A stretch of DNA of 64,000 nt from Mycobacterium sp. (GCA_035515675.1 DATJBA010000122.1:3225-67224), one strand, 5' to 3'; positions 1 to 9,238 are shown, counted from the stretch's first letter. A program made the numbers and translations. The notes: generated from the sequence alone by a model not told the origin.

Positions 1-1007
1 ACGAGTTGATCGCCGCGCAGTTCGACACGGTCGCCGCCGCGGCCGAGGGATGCGATGCGCTGGTCTCGACCGGCCTGCCGTGGACCGCGGCCGGCGCGCG
101 GTCGGTGACCGAAAAACTGGGCATCCACTACGTATACGCGAGCTACCACCCGACCCACCTGCCGTCGCCGCACCACCCGCCGCCGGAGTGTGCGGACTGG
201 CCGTTCCCACTGAACGAGATCGACAACCGGGTGCTGTGGGACCTGAACGCCCGGAACGCGAACGCGCAATTCGGCCCGACACTCAACAGCCACCGGGCGT
301 CGATCGGCCTGCCACCGGTGGACAACGTCCGTGACTACGCCTTCACCGACCGCCCATGGCTGGCGGCGGATCCGGTCCTGGGCCCGTGGCAGGGGCCGGC
401 GGACCTCGACGTCGTCCAAACCGGCGCGTGGCTCCTGCCGGACGAACGCCCACTCCCGGCCGAGCTGGTGGCATTCCTGGACGCAGGCACACCACCGGTA
501 TACATGGGCTTCGGCAGCATGCCCCTGCGCGCCGCGAAGGACGTCGCCTGGGTGGCCGTCGAGGCGGTCCGCGCGCAGGGCCGCCGCGTGCTCCTCGCCC
601 GCGGCTGGGCCGACCTGGCCCTGATCGACGACCGGGACGACTGCTTTGCCGTCGGCGAGATCAACCAGCAGGTGCTGTTCGGCCGGGTGGCCGCCGTCGT
701 ACACCACGGCGGCGCGGGCACGACGACGACGGCCGCGCGGGCTGGCGCGCCTCAGGTGGTGATACCCCAGGGGAAGGACCAGCTGTACTGGGCCGGCCGG
801 GTGGCCGACTTGGGCATCGGCACAGCGCACGCCGGTCCGATTCCGACAATCGAGTCCCTGTCAGTTGCGCTCGCCATGGCCCTGAGCCCCGAGACCCGCG
901 CACGAGCGGGCGCCGTGGCCGGGACAATCCGCACCCACGGGGCGACGGTGGCCGCGACGCTGCTGCTGGACGCGGTCAGCCCAGAAAGGCCGCCAGCGTC
1001 CGCGTAA
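1..1007 (+). CDS. GT1-family glycosyltransferase, C-terminal part (5' end outside the window)
   Basis: The frame is open from the window edge. It has the C-terminal GT1 half with PPVYMGFGS and the nucleotide-sugar motif VVHHGGAGTT...VVIPQGKDQ. Layout matches the ORFs at 23512 and 58028. Confidence 0.75.
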   Translation, partial: ELIAAQFDTVAAAAEGCDALVSTGLPWTAAGARSVTEKLGIHYVYASYHPTHLPSPHHPPPECADWPFPLNEIDNRVLWDLNARNANAQFGPTLNSHRASIGLPPVDNVRDYAFTDRPWLAADPVLGPWQGPADLDVVQTGAWLLPDERPLPAELVAFLDAGTPPVYMGFGSMPLRAAKDVAWVAVEAVRAQGRRVLLARGWADLALIDDRDDCFAVGEINQQVLFGRVAAVVHHGGAGTTTTAARAGAPQVVIPQGKDQLYWAGRVADLGIGTAHAGPIPTIESLSVALAMALSPETRARAGAVAGTIRTHGATVAATLLLDAVSPERPPASA

Positions 1008-1017
1008 AGCGCACGGC

Positions 1018-1758
1018 TTAACGCGGCAGCGCCGAACCGAAGACCTCCGTCATCGCTATCCAATGCCGCTCGTCGGCGACGGCGTCGTAGGGCGAGTTAT
1101 CCGGGACCGCGAACCCGTGGGCCGCCGGGTACCACTCGATGGTGTGGGGCACACCGGCTGCGGTCAGCGCCTTGTCGAGCTGTTCGGCGTCATCGGCCGT
1201 GAAGGACGCGTCGTTTTCGGCGCCGCCGATGTACACCGTGGCGCTCATCCGGTCGGCCAGCAGATGCGGGCTATCCGCGGTGTCGGTCACCAGGCCGCCG
1301 CCGTGGAAGGACGCTGCCGCGGCGACGCGGTCCGGCACACGGCCGGCCACCACCACCGACATCCGCCCGCCCATGCAGTAGCCGCACACGCCGAATCGCT
1401 CCCCGGACACCTCGGGGCGAGCGGCCAGGTAATCGAAGAAGGCGCTGGCGTCGCTGGCCATCTTGTCCGGCGTAATGCTGCCGATCATGGAAAACAGGCG
1501 CCTGCGTTCTTGTTTGTCGGTGAATGCGGTGGCCATGTCGAAGGGGGCCCAATCGCCGTTGCGGTAGTACACGTCGGGAAGCAGCACCGCGTAGCCGAAT
1601 CCGGCCAGCTTGGCGGCCATTTGCTCGAAAGTGTCACGAACCCCGCCGGCGTCGGGGTACATGACCACGCCGGGCCAGGGGCCGGGCCCTTCGGGGGTGA
1701 ACAGTCCGACGGTGCAGGAGCCGTCGAGAGCGGTGACCGTGTCTGTGATTTTCGGCAT
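1018..1758 (-). CDS. dienelactone hydrolase family alpha/beta hydrolase (Rv2765-like by position)
   Basis: Internal ATG at 1756-1758 (MPKITDT...) is preceded by GGAGG. The nucleophile motif GVCGYCMGG and the C-terminal HGF are present. It is divergent from thyA, as I recall for H37Rv. Confidence 0.8.
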   Translation of the reverse strand: MPKITDTVTALDGSCTVGLFTPEGPGPWPGVVMYPDAGGVRDTFEQMAAKLAGFGYAVLLPDVYYRNGDWAPFDMATAFTDKQERRRLFSMIGSITPDKMASDASAFFDYLAARPEVSGERFGVCGYCMGGRMSVVVAGRVPDRVAAAASFHGGGLVTDTADSPHLLADRMSATVYIGGAENDASFTADDAEQLDKALTAAGVPHTIEWYPAAHGFAVPDNSPYDAVADERHWIAMTEVFGSALPR

Positions 1759-1800
1759 GGCCTCCGTTCTACTCCCCGCGCCTCGACGTAAGCTGGCCGC

Positions 1801-2601
1801 GTGCCGATCCCGACGCCCTACGAGGACCTGCTGCGCGTGGTGCTCGAGCGGGGCGCGGCCAAACCCGACCGCACCGGCACCGGGACCCGCAGCCTGTTCG
1901 GCCAGCAGTTGCGTTATGACCTGTTGGCCGGCTTTCCGCTGCTCACCACCAAGAGGGTGCATTTCAAATCGGTGGTCTACGAGTTGCTGTGGTTCTTGCG
2001 CGGCGACTCCAACGTCGGCTGGCTGCAGGAGCACGGAGTCACCATCTGGGACGAGTGGGCCAGCAGCACAGGCGATCTCGGGCCGATCTACGGTGTGCAG
2101 TGGCGGTCCTGGCCGACGCCGGCGGGTGAGCACGTCGACCAGATCAGCGCCGCGCTGGAAATGCTGCGCACCGACCCGAACTCGCGGCGCATCATCGTGT
2201 CGGCGTGGAACGTCGGCGAAATCCCGCAGATGGCGCTACCACCGTGTCACGCGTTCTTTCAGTTCTATGTGGCCGACCGGCGGCTGAGCTGCCAGCTCTA
2301 CCAGCGCAGCGCGGACCTATTTCTCGGTGTGCCGTTCAACATCGCCAGCTACGCGCTGCTTACCCACATGATGGCCGCCCAGGCCGGTCTATCGGTCGGC
2401 GAGTTCATCTGGACGGGCGGCGACTGCCACATCTACGACAACCACGTCGAACAGGTTCGGCTCCAGCTGAGTCGCGAGCCGCGGCCATACCCGGAACTCT
2501 TTCTGGGCGAAAGGGATTCGATCTTCGACTACACCTACGATGACGTCGTTGTGAAGAACTACGATCCGCACCCGGCGATCCAAGCTCCTGTCGCTGTATG
2601 A
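1801..2601 (+). CDS. thyA: thymidylate synthase ThyA
   Basis: [32 protein letters not shown], the active-site PPCH and the overall length are classic ThyA. GTG start; stop overlaps the dfrA ATG (ATGA). Confidence 0.95.
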   Translation: MPIPTPYEDLLRVVLERGAAKPDRTGTGTRSLFGQQLRYDLLAGFPLLTTKRVHFKSVVYELLWFLRGDSNVGWLQEHGVTIWDEWASSTGDLGPIYGVQWRSWPTPAGEHVDQISAALEMLRTDPNSRRIIVSAWNVGEIPQMALPPCHAFFQFYVADRRLSCQLYQRSADLFLGVPFNIASYALLTHMMAAQAGLSVGEFIWTGGDCHIYDNHVEQVRLQLSREPRPYPELFLGERDSIFDYTYDDVVVKNYDPHPAIQAPVAV

Positions 2602-3092
2602 CGCTCGTGGGCCTGGTCTGGGCTCAGTCGACGTGCGGCGTGATCGGCCGCGGCGGCGACATCCCGTGGCGGGTGCCCGAAGACCTGGCCCACTTCAAAC
2701 AGCTGACCATGGGGCACACGGTGGTCATGGGCCGGCGAACCTGGGAGTCGTTGCCGGCCGGGGTTCGGCCGCTGCCCGGCCGCAGAAATGTCGTACTGTC
2801 CCGCCAGACTGGCTTCATGGTTGACGGAGCCGAGGTGGTCGGTTCACTCGAACATGCCCTGACCGAGCCCGAGACGTGGGTGATCGGCGGCGCGCAGATC
2901 TATCTGCTGGCGCTGCCGCACGCCAGCCGGTGCGAGGTCACCGAGGTCGACATCGATCTGCCGCGCGATGACGACGACGCGCTCGCCCCGGTGCTCGACG
3001 AGACGTGGCTGGGTGAGACGGGGGAGTGGCGCCTCAGCCGCTCGGGGCTGCGGTACCGGTTTCGCTCCTATTACCGGTCATGCGTACCCTGA
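2598..3092 (+). CDS. dfrA: dihydrofolate reductase
   Basis: [50 protein letters not shown] is a typical DHFR. It is coupled to thyA. Confidence 0.95.
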   Translation: MTLVGLVWAQSTCGVIGRGGDIPWRVPEDLAHFKQLTMGHTVVMGRRTWESLPAGVRPLPGRRNVVLSRQTGFMVDGAEVVGSLEHALTEPETWVIGGAQIYLLALPHASRCEVTEVDIDLPRDDDDALAPVLDETWLGETGEWRLSRSGLRYRFRSYYRSCVP

Positions 3093-4300
3093 CCGCCGCG
3101 CAGGCCCGCCGGGTGGCGGTCGCCGCACAGGGCTTCGCCGAGTCCAAACCGGCCGGCCCGGTCACCCGCGCGCATCTGAAGCGGCTGATATCGCGAATTC
3201 AAGTGCTGCAGTTGGATTCGGTGTCGGTGGCGGTGCGCGCCCATTACGCGCCGGTGTTCAGCCGGCTCGGCCCCTACGACCGCGAGGTGCTGGACCGTGC
3301 CGCCTGGGACCACTCCGCTCGCTCACCGCGGCTGCTGGTGGAGTATTGGGCGCACGAAGCCGCGCTGATGGCAGTCGACGACTGGCCGCTGCTGCGCTGG
3401 CGGATGCGTCAATACCGGCATGGCCGCTGGGGCACCCACATCGTCAAAGCCAACCCGCGGCTGGCCGAGGACATCGTCGCGGCCGTCGCCGAGCTCGGGC
3501 CGTGTACCGCCGGGCAGATCGAAGCGCAGGTGGCGGCCGAACCGCGCCGGGCCAGGGGACCCTGGTGGAACCGCAGCGATACCAAGTGGGTCGCCGAGGC
3601 GCTGTTCGCCTCCGGCGTGCTCACCACGGCCACCCGGGTGGGCTTCGCCCGTCACTACGACTTGGTGGAGCGGGTGCTGCCGCCGAGCGTGCTGGCCCGC
3701 GAGGTCGACGACGACGAGGCGGTCCGCGAGCTCACGCTGCGGGCCGCCGCCGCGCTGGGTGTGGGTACGGAGGCCGACATCCGCGACTATTTCCGGCTGT
3801 CGGCCCAGCAGGTCAAGCCGGCTATCGCCGAGTTGCTGGCCGCCGGCGCGATCGAGCGGGTCGACGTCGACGGCTGGTCCGCGCCGGCGTATCTGCGGGC
3901 GGGCCGGACGGTGCCGCGCCGCGACCGCGGCACCGCGCTGTTGAGTCCGTTCGACCCGTTGATCTTCTTCCGGCCGCGGGTCGAGCGGCTGTTCGGCTTT
4001 CACTACCGCATCGAGATCTACACCCCGGCCACCAAGCGCCGATACGGCTATTACGTGTGGCCACTGCTGCTGGACGGCCAGCTGGTGGCGCGGGTCGATC
4101 TCAAGGCCGACCGAGCCTCGAACACCCTGCGGGTCATGGGCGCATTCGGCGAGCCCGGCGTACCGCGACCGCGTGTTGCCGCGGCGCTGGCCGGCGAACT
4201 GGAGTCCATGGCGTTATGGCTGGGGCTGGGTGGGTTCAGCGTGTCCGGTCGGGGCGATCTGGCCGGGGAACTGGGGACGGCGGCCAAGCGGGCCAGCTGA
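3080..4300 (+). CDS. winged-helix YcaQ/AlkZ-like family protein (Rv2762c-like)
   Basis: ATG at 3080 ([19 protein letters not shown]...) overlaps the dfrA end. The pattern of conserved W/R/Y residues matches the YcaQ family as I recall it. The longer ORF from 3026 is probably an over-extension. Confidence 0.75.
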   Translation: MRTLTAAQARRVAVAAQGFAESKPAGPVTRAHLKRLISRIQVLQLDSVSVAVRAHYAPVFSRLGPYDREVLDRAAWDHSARSPRLLVEYWAHEAALMAVDDWPLLRWRMRQYRHGRWGTHIVKANPRLAEDIVAAVAELGPCTAGQIEAQVAAEPRRARGPWWNRSDTKWVAEALFASGVLTTATRVGFARHYDLVERVLPPSVLAREVDDDEAVRELTLRAAAALGVGTEADIRDYFRLSAQQVKPAIAELLAAGAIERVDVDGWSAPAYLRAGRTVPRRDRGTALLSPFDPLIFFRPRVERLFGFHYRIEIYTPATKRRYGYYVWPLLLDGQLVARVDLKADRASNTLRVMGAFGEPGVPRPRVAAALAGELESMALWLGLGGFSVSGRGDLAGELGTAAKRAS

Positions 4301-4397
4301 TGGCCGGAAGCATGTCAGAGGCGCCGTGATCCCGGAGAGCGGTCGCAGGGCAGGTCTCGGTCGGCGGACAGGAGCGCGCATCGAGCAGATTAGGTGG

Positions 4398-5528
4398 ATG
4401 GCTAAAACGGAGCAGTTGGAATGGGGTGGCGTGAGGCGCGAGGCTAAAACGGTTCGGCTGGGCGATTACCTCGACTTTAGCAACGGGAGTACTCCACCAG
4501 TACGAGAGTCGAACGGGCGCTATCCCGTCTATGGCGCCAACGGAGCGATTGGCTATGCGGCGCAGAGCAATGCTAGCGGCCCGCTCATTGTCGTCGGCCG
4601 CGTTGGATCAAATTGTGGTAGCTTGCGCTATTGCGATTCCGACGTGTGGGTTACCGATAACGCACTGGCATGTCGTGCCAAATACCCCGCCGAGACACGA
4701 TATTGGTATTATGCGTTGCAGACCTGCAGACTTAATCAACACCGTGCGGGATCGGGACAGCCCCTCCTCAATCAAAATGTTCTACGAAACATTTTGATCT
4801 GGACTGTCGCAGCGTCTGAGCGCCATCGAATCGGCGAGTTTCTCGGGGCGCTAGATGACAAGATAGCCGCCAACGAACGCCTCATTGAGGCGGCTGAGGC
4901 GTTGATGCTTGCCATGGTCGAGTCCGTTACTGAGTACACTCCTTTGTCAAGCTTGGCGAGAAGATCAGCCGCTTCTCTCGATCCTCAAGAATTCGACGGG
5001 ATAGTCGCTCATTTCAGCCTTCCAGCTTTCGATGATGGCGCCAGACCCAGCTTTGTCCAGGCTCAAACAATCAAGAGTGCTAAGTTTCTCTTGTCGGAAC
5101 CATGCGTGTTGTTCTCGAAGCTGAATCCCAAAATACCACGAATCTGGAATGTCATTGGTCTGCCCTCAGAAATGGCATTGGCCAGTACGGAGTTCGTTGT
5201 ATTGCAGCCAATTGGCGTCAATACTTCGGCCGTGTGGTCAGCGGTACGACAACCTGATGTGTTGGCAACGCTCCAACCGATGGCCGCGGGCATGACAGGA
5301 AGCCGCCAAAGGATCCAACCCCATGAGCTACTAGAGGCCGTGGTGCGCGATGTGCGCCGTTTGGGTACCGGGCCGTCTAAAACGATTGCCAGCCTGGGTG
5401 TGCTGTGTCATAGGCGACGAACCGAGTCCGCGTGTATGTCAAGTTTTCGCGATGCACTGCTCCCGCTCCTGATGTCCGGCAAGGTTCGGGCCAAGGACGC
5501 CGAGGCCACGCTCAGTGACGTGGTGTGA
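4398..5528 (+). CDS. hsdS: type I restriction-modification specificity subunit HsdS (two target-recognition domains)
   Basis: Two TRD-like halves are separated by a central conserved helix (SERHRIGEFLGALDDKIAANERLIEAAEAL). The C-terminal conserved helix is SFRDALLPLLMSGKVRAKD. GC is visibly lower than the flanks. The start at ATG 4398 is uncertain. Confidence 0.85.
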   Translation: MAKTEQLEWGGVRREAKTVRLGDYLDFSNGSTPPVRESNGRYPVYGANGAIGYAAQSNASGPLIVVGRVGSNCGSLRYCDSDVWVTDNALACRAKYPAETRYWYYALQTCRLNQHRAGSGQPLLNQNVLRNILIWTVAASERHRIGEFLGALDDKIAANERLIEAAEALMLAMVESVTEYTPLSSLARRSAASLDPQEFDGIVAHFSLPAFDDGARPSFVQAQTIKSAKFLLSEPCVLFSKLNPKIPRIWNVIGLPSEMALASTEFVVLQPIGVNTSAVWSAVRQPDVLATLQPMAAGMTGSRQRIQPHELLEAVVRDVRRLGTGPSKTIASLGVLCHRRRTESACMSSFRDALLPLLMSGKVRAKDAEATLSDVV

Positions 5529-5601
5529 AGAAGTCGGCTTCTCGTGTGCCAGTGCGCGCGGCCAGGCAGGCATTCTACCCATAGAACGGTACCCTTCTAC
5601 C

Positions 5602-5871
5602 ATGAGCCTGAATATCAAGAGCCAACGCGCCGTCGCGCTGGTACGCGAGCTAGCCATGCGTACTGGCACCAGTCAGACGGCCGCGGTTGAGGACGCCGTT
5701 GCCCGCCGCCTCTCGGGATTGGACCGCGAGGAGAGCGCGCGCGCCGACGCTCGGCGCGCGGCGGCAGAAGAGGTCCTGCACGAACTCGACAAAGTGCTCA
5801 CCGACGAGGACAAGCGGATTATCGCGCAAAACGAATCGGGCTTGTACGACGACTACGGTCTGCCGCGGTGA
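5602..5871 (+). CDS. vapB: VapB-type antitoxin (Rv0623-like family; VapB42-like by position)
   Basis: MSLNIKSQRAVALVRELAMRTGTSQTAAVEDAV... ends in LYDDYGLPR. The stop overlaps the vapC GTG (GTGA). Confidence 0.8.
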   Translation: MSLNIKSQRAVALVRELAMRTGTSQTAAVEDAVARRLSGLDREESARADARRAAAEEVLHELDKVLTDEDKRIIAQNESGLYDDYGLPR

Positions 5872-6263
5872 TCGTCGACACCTCCGCGATCGTCGCCACA
5901 GCGCTTGGCGAGCCGGGCGCGCAAGCGCTCAAAGAGGCGTTGGCCCGCTCGCCCCACAGCCGCATGTCCGCACCCAGTTATGTTGAACTGTGCGCTGTCG
6001 TGCAGCGGCGCGACCGGCCCGAGATCAGCCGGATGATGGATCGTTTGTTGGACGCCTATGGAATCGAGATCGAAGCCTTCGACGCCGAGCAAGCCCGCGT
6101 CGCCGCGCAGGCATATCGAGACTATGGTCGCGGCAGCGGACATCCGGCCCGGCTCAACCTCGGGGATACCTACAGCTACGCCCTCGCTCATGTCATGGGA
6201 GAGCCGCTGCTTTTCCGAGGTGATGAGTTCAGTCACACCGATATCCGGTCTGCGTCTCGCTGA
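5868..6263 (+). CDS. vapC: PIN-domain toxin VapC (VapC42-like by position)
   Basis: MIVDTSAIVA... provides the first acidic residue. Later D/E positions (IEAFDAEQA, LNLGDTYSYA, FRGDEF) fit a PIN fold. There is a 4-nt overlap with vapB. Confidence 0.85.
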   Translation: MIVDTSAIVATALGEPGAQALKEALARSPHSRMSAPSYVELCAVVQRRDRPEISRMMDRLLDAYGIEIEAFDAEQARVAAQAYRDYGRGSGHPARLNLGDTYSYALAHVMGEPLLFRGDEFSHTDIRSASR

Positions 6264-6338
6264 GCCGCAGGCGTCATCATGTGTGAAGTACAGAACAGTT
6301 AAGCCGGGAGATCCGGTAAGTCCTGGTTGCTGGCTGAC

Positions 6339-6918
6339 CTACGCCACCGCGCCTGGCTCGTGGGTGTTGTCCGACGACGCTTCGGCTAGCGCAGCCAGTG
6401 CATCGGCGAGCAAGCGCTGGATGCTGGCAGTGATTGCGGTGCAGGCGCTTTCGATCTTCGTCGCGTTTTTGTGGATGGAGCTGGCGTTCTTCTTCACATC
6501 GCCGAGCTTCTCGAGCTGTGCGGCAGCCTCGGTGATCTTCTCCTCGGCGGTGGCGAGCTCCTCAGCACCCCGGCGGCTCGATGCCGCCAGGCCGGCGGCC
6601 CGCAGCAGCATGATGACCGTGCGCAGCAGCGCCGGGTCGTCGACTGCGGGATCGAAGGCAAGCACTATGCGGCGGGCCCTCCGGTATGGGTGCCGCGTTG
6701 ATCTGGCCAACGTGCTGGCCGCGGGGTCGGTAGTACCGCGCGGAGTGCGGGCGCCGAGACTGCGCGAAGCGGACCCAACTGCACACCTGGATCGCGTACA
6801 TGCCGCAACCCTGATCACGACCTCGACGTTGAAGCCGTTGGATGTTCTGGTGGAACCTTCGCCAGGACGCTTCCGGCTGCTGCACCAATCCCTTGGCGAG
6901 CTTCACGAACGCAAGCAT
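6339..6918 (-). pseudogene. unplaced reverse-strand gene of about 190 codons with an apparent frame disruption near 6665-6670
   Basis: One minus frame starts at ATG 6916-6918 (MLAFVKLAKGLVQQPEASWRRFHQNIQRLQRR...). The other minus frame ends at stop 6339-6341 (...DPALLRTVIMLLRAAGLAASS...IQRLLADALAALAEASSDNTHEPGAVA). Each has high third-position G+C only on its own side of about 6667 (hand count). I recognise no family. Confidence 0.4.
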
Positions 6919-6981
6919 GCCGCCGTCAAGCGCGGCAGCAGAATCAACTTCGCTGATGCTTCGCCCCGCGGCACGGTCCGC

Positions 6982-7449
6982 GTGTTGCCGGCCGAAATTG
7001 CTGGAGCGATCGCGCTCGACCCGTTCGACGCGGCGCGCAAGTATCCCCGCGCGGCCCGCACCGACCCTGGCGACGTGATCTTCATCGAGAAGCCGAGCCC
7101 GCGGGCATGGGTTGACCCGGTTGGCGGAGCGAGGGTCGCTTCGCCGGCACGGATCATCCGGCTTCGTGAATCAGCCGAGATAGGCCCGATGGCGCTCGCA
7201 ACGGTGATCAATGAAATTGCCGCTGCCGGAAGCGAATGGAAGATGTGGAACATTCCGGCGATGCGCCGCGACGAGGCTGCGCGGCTCGAAGAGGCGCTTA
7301 TGCGGGCTGATGAGTTCGAACGCGAAGCGCGCCGGTGGGCCGACGCGGCGCGGGATCTGAAGACAACCCTGATAGAGGGGGTCGCCGCAGGTGCCCTCAC
7401 GCTCGATGCGCAACCCACCACGCCCGGCATTGCCGTGGCCGAGAGATAG
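6982..7449 (+). CDS. HsdS-like fragment: C-terminal part of one TRD plus the conserved helices, directly upstream of hsdM
   Basis: TDPGDVIFIEKPS...ARVASPARIIRLRES..IGPMALATVINE follows the TRD pattern. WNIPAMRRDEAARLEEAL and DLKTTLIEGVAAGALTL follow the HsdS conserved-helix pattern. The stop at 7447-7449 lies 14 nt before the hsdM ATG. The plus-strand coding signal seems to begin about 6919. GTG 6982 is the first in-frame start after that, so the 5' limit is uncertain. Confidence 0.45.
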   Translation: MLPAEIAGAIALDPFDAARKYPRAARTDPGDVIFIEKPSPRAWVDPVGGARVASPARIIRLRESAEIGPMALATVINEIAAAGSEWKMWNIPAMRRDEAARLEEALMRADEFEREARRWADAARDLKTTLIEGVAAGALTLDAQPTTPGIAVAER

Positions 7450-7463
7450 GGAGGAAATCTCCA

Positions 7464-9092
7464 ATGCCTCTGAGGAAGAAGCGGCTGGACCCGCAGGCGC
7501 CGTCGACCATGAAAGAGCTCAAGGACACTCTCTGGAAGGCTGCTGACAAACTGCGCGGATCACTCTCGGCCAGCCAGTATAAGGACGTGATCCTGGGTCT
7601 GGTGTTCCTCAAATACGTATCGGACGCGTATGACGAACGGCAAGAAGCGATTCGGGAGGAACTGGCTGCCGATGGGATGGACGAGTCTCAGATCGAAGAC
7701 CTGATCGACGAACCCGAAAAGTACCACGGCTACGGCGTTTTTGTGGTACCGCCGAATGCGCGCTGGAACTTCTTGGCGGAGAACGCCAAAGGTAAGTCAG
7801 CGGTGGGTGGCGAATTGGCGAAGAACATTGGGCAGCTCATCGACGAGGCGATGGACGCGGTGATGAAGGCAAACCCGACGCTGGCTGGGACGCTGCCCCG
7901 GTTATACAACAAGGACAACATCGACCAGCGCCGGTTGGGGGAGCTGATCGACCTGTTCAACAGCGCACGATTCAGCCGCGAAGGTGAGCATCGCGCGCGC
8001 GACCTTATGGGGGAAGTCTATGAGTACTTCCTTGGGAATTTCGCTCGCGCGGAAGGCAAGCGGGGAGGGGAGTTCTTTACGCCGCCCAGCGTGGTCAAGG
8101 TGATCGTCGAGGTGCTCGAACCGTCGAAGGGTCGGGTGTATGACCCGTGCTGCGGGTCCGGCGGCATGTTCGTACAGACGGAGAAGTTCATCTACGAACA
8201 CGATGGCGATCCAAAGGACATCTCGATCTACGGCCAGGAAAGCATCGAAGAGACCTGGCGGATTGCCAAAATGAACCTCGCCATTCACGGTGTTGACAAC
8301 AAAGGCCTTGGTGCGCGGTGGGGCGATACCTTCGCCCGCGACCAGCATGCCGATGTGCAGATGGACTACGTGATGGCCAACCCGCCGTTCAACATCAAGC
8401 ATTGGTCGCGCAATGAAGAAGACCCACGCTGGCGCTTCGGTGTGCCACCTGCCAACAACGCCAACTACGCCTGGATCCAACACATCTTATCCAAGCTGGC
8501 GCCGGGCGGAAAGGCCGGGGTGGTGATGGCCAACGGTTCAATGTCGTCGAACTCCAACGGAGAAGGTGATATTCGCGCTCAGATTGTCGAAGCCGACTTG
8601 GTGTCCTGCATGGTCGCACTGCCGACCCAGCTGTTCCGTAGCACTGGAATCCCGGTGTGCCTGTGGTTCTTCGCCAAGGACAAGACAGCGGGTAAGCAGG
8701 GTTCGTTCGACCGCACGGGGCAGGTGCTGTTCATCGACGCTCGCGAACTCGGCTACATGGTGGACCGAGCCGAGCGTGCGCTGACGAACGAGGAAATTGT
8801 ACGGATCGGCGACACTTATCACGCCTGGCGCGGGTCTGCGTCTGCTGCCGCGAAAGGTCTTATCTATGAGGGTATTCCGGGATTCTGCAAGTCGGCGACA
8901 TTGGCCGACATCAAGGCTGCTGATTATGCGCTCACGCCGGGCCGGTACGTCGGGGCGCCAGATGTCGAAGACGATGGCGAGCCTATCGACGAGAAGATTG
9001 CGAGGCTGACGAAGGAGCTGTTGGCGGCTTTCGACGAGTCAGCGCGGTTGGAGAAGGTTGTGCGCGAGCAGTTGGAGCGGATTGATGGATGA
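7464..9092 (+). CDS. hsdM: type I R-M DNA methyltransferase subunit HsdM
   Basis: MPLRKKRLDPQAPSTMKELKDTLWKAADKLRGSLSASQYKDVILGLVFLKYVSD is the HsdM N-domain. The SAM motif DPCCGSGGMF and the catalytic NPPF are present. GGGAGG lies upstream of the ATG. Confidence 0.95.
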   Translation: MPLRKKRLDPQAPSTMKELKDTLWKAADKLRGSLSASQYKDVILGLVFLKYVSDAYDERQEAIREELAADGMDESQIEDLIDEPEKYHGYGVFVVPPNARWNFLAENAKGKSAVGGELAKNIGQLIDEAMDAVMKANPTLAGTLPRLYNKDNIDQRRLGELIDLFNSARFSREGEHRARDLMGEVYEYFLGNFARAEGKRGGEFFTPPSVVKVIVEVLEPSKGRVYDPCCGSGGMFVQTEKFIYEHDGDPKDISIYGQESIEETWRIAKMNLAIHGVDNKGLGARWGDTFARDQHADVQMDYVMANPPFNIKHWSRNEEDPRWRFGVPPANNANYAWIQHILSKLAPGGKAGVVMANGSMSSNSNGEGDIRAQIVEADLVSCMVALPTQLFRSTGIPVCLWFFAKDKTAGKQGSFDRTGQVLFIDARELGYMVDRAERALTNEEIVRIGDTYHAWRGSASAAAKGLIYEGIPGFCKSATLADIKAADYALTPGRYVGAPDVEDDGEPIDEKIARLTKELLAAFDESARLEKVVREQLERIDG

Positions 9093-9225
9093 GTCCGCGG
9101 TCGTTGCGCTCGGAGAACTCGGCGCAGATAAGCTGTCGGCATTCGCGACGGGGCCGTTCGGATCTGTTGTCTCCGCGAAGAACTTCGTCCCCGAAGGCAT
9201 TCCAATGATTCGGGAAGCAATCTGA
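9085..9225 (+). pseudogene. hsdS N-terminal remnant (46 codons)
   Basis: ATG 9085 overlaps the hsdM stop (ATGGATGA). MDESAVVALGELGADKLSAFATGPFGSVVSAKNFVPEGIPMIR carries the TGPFGS and GIPxIR motifs of an HsdS TRD start, then stops. Confidence 0.7.
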
Positions 9226-9238
9226 GCGAAGATGTTGG

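Noticed and set aside
2968-4329. 453-aa Arg/Gly-rich plus-strand ORF overlapping the YcaQ-like gene
   Set aside because: It is an out-of-frame reading of the same strand. The 3080-4300 frame gives a normal globular sequence with family-typical residues.
6058-7449. Single 463-aa plus-strand ORF spanning from inside vapC to hsdM
   Set aside because: Its first third overlaps vapC in another frame. Its middle (about 6300-6660) is the Ser/Ala-rich antisense of a minus-strand segment with about 85 percent third-position G+C. Only the last third looks like genuine coding sequence, so it is not one gene.
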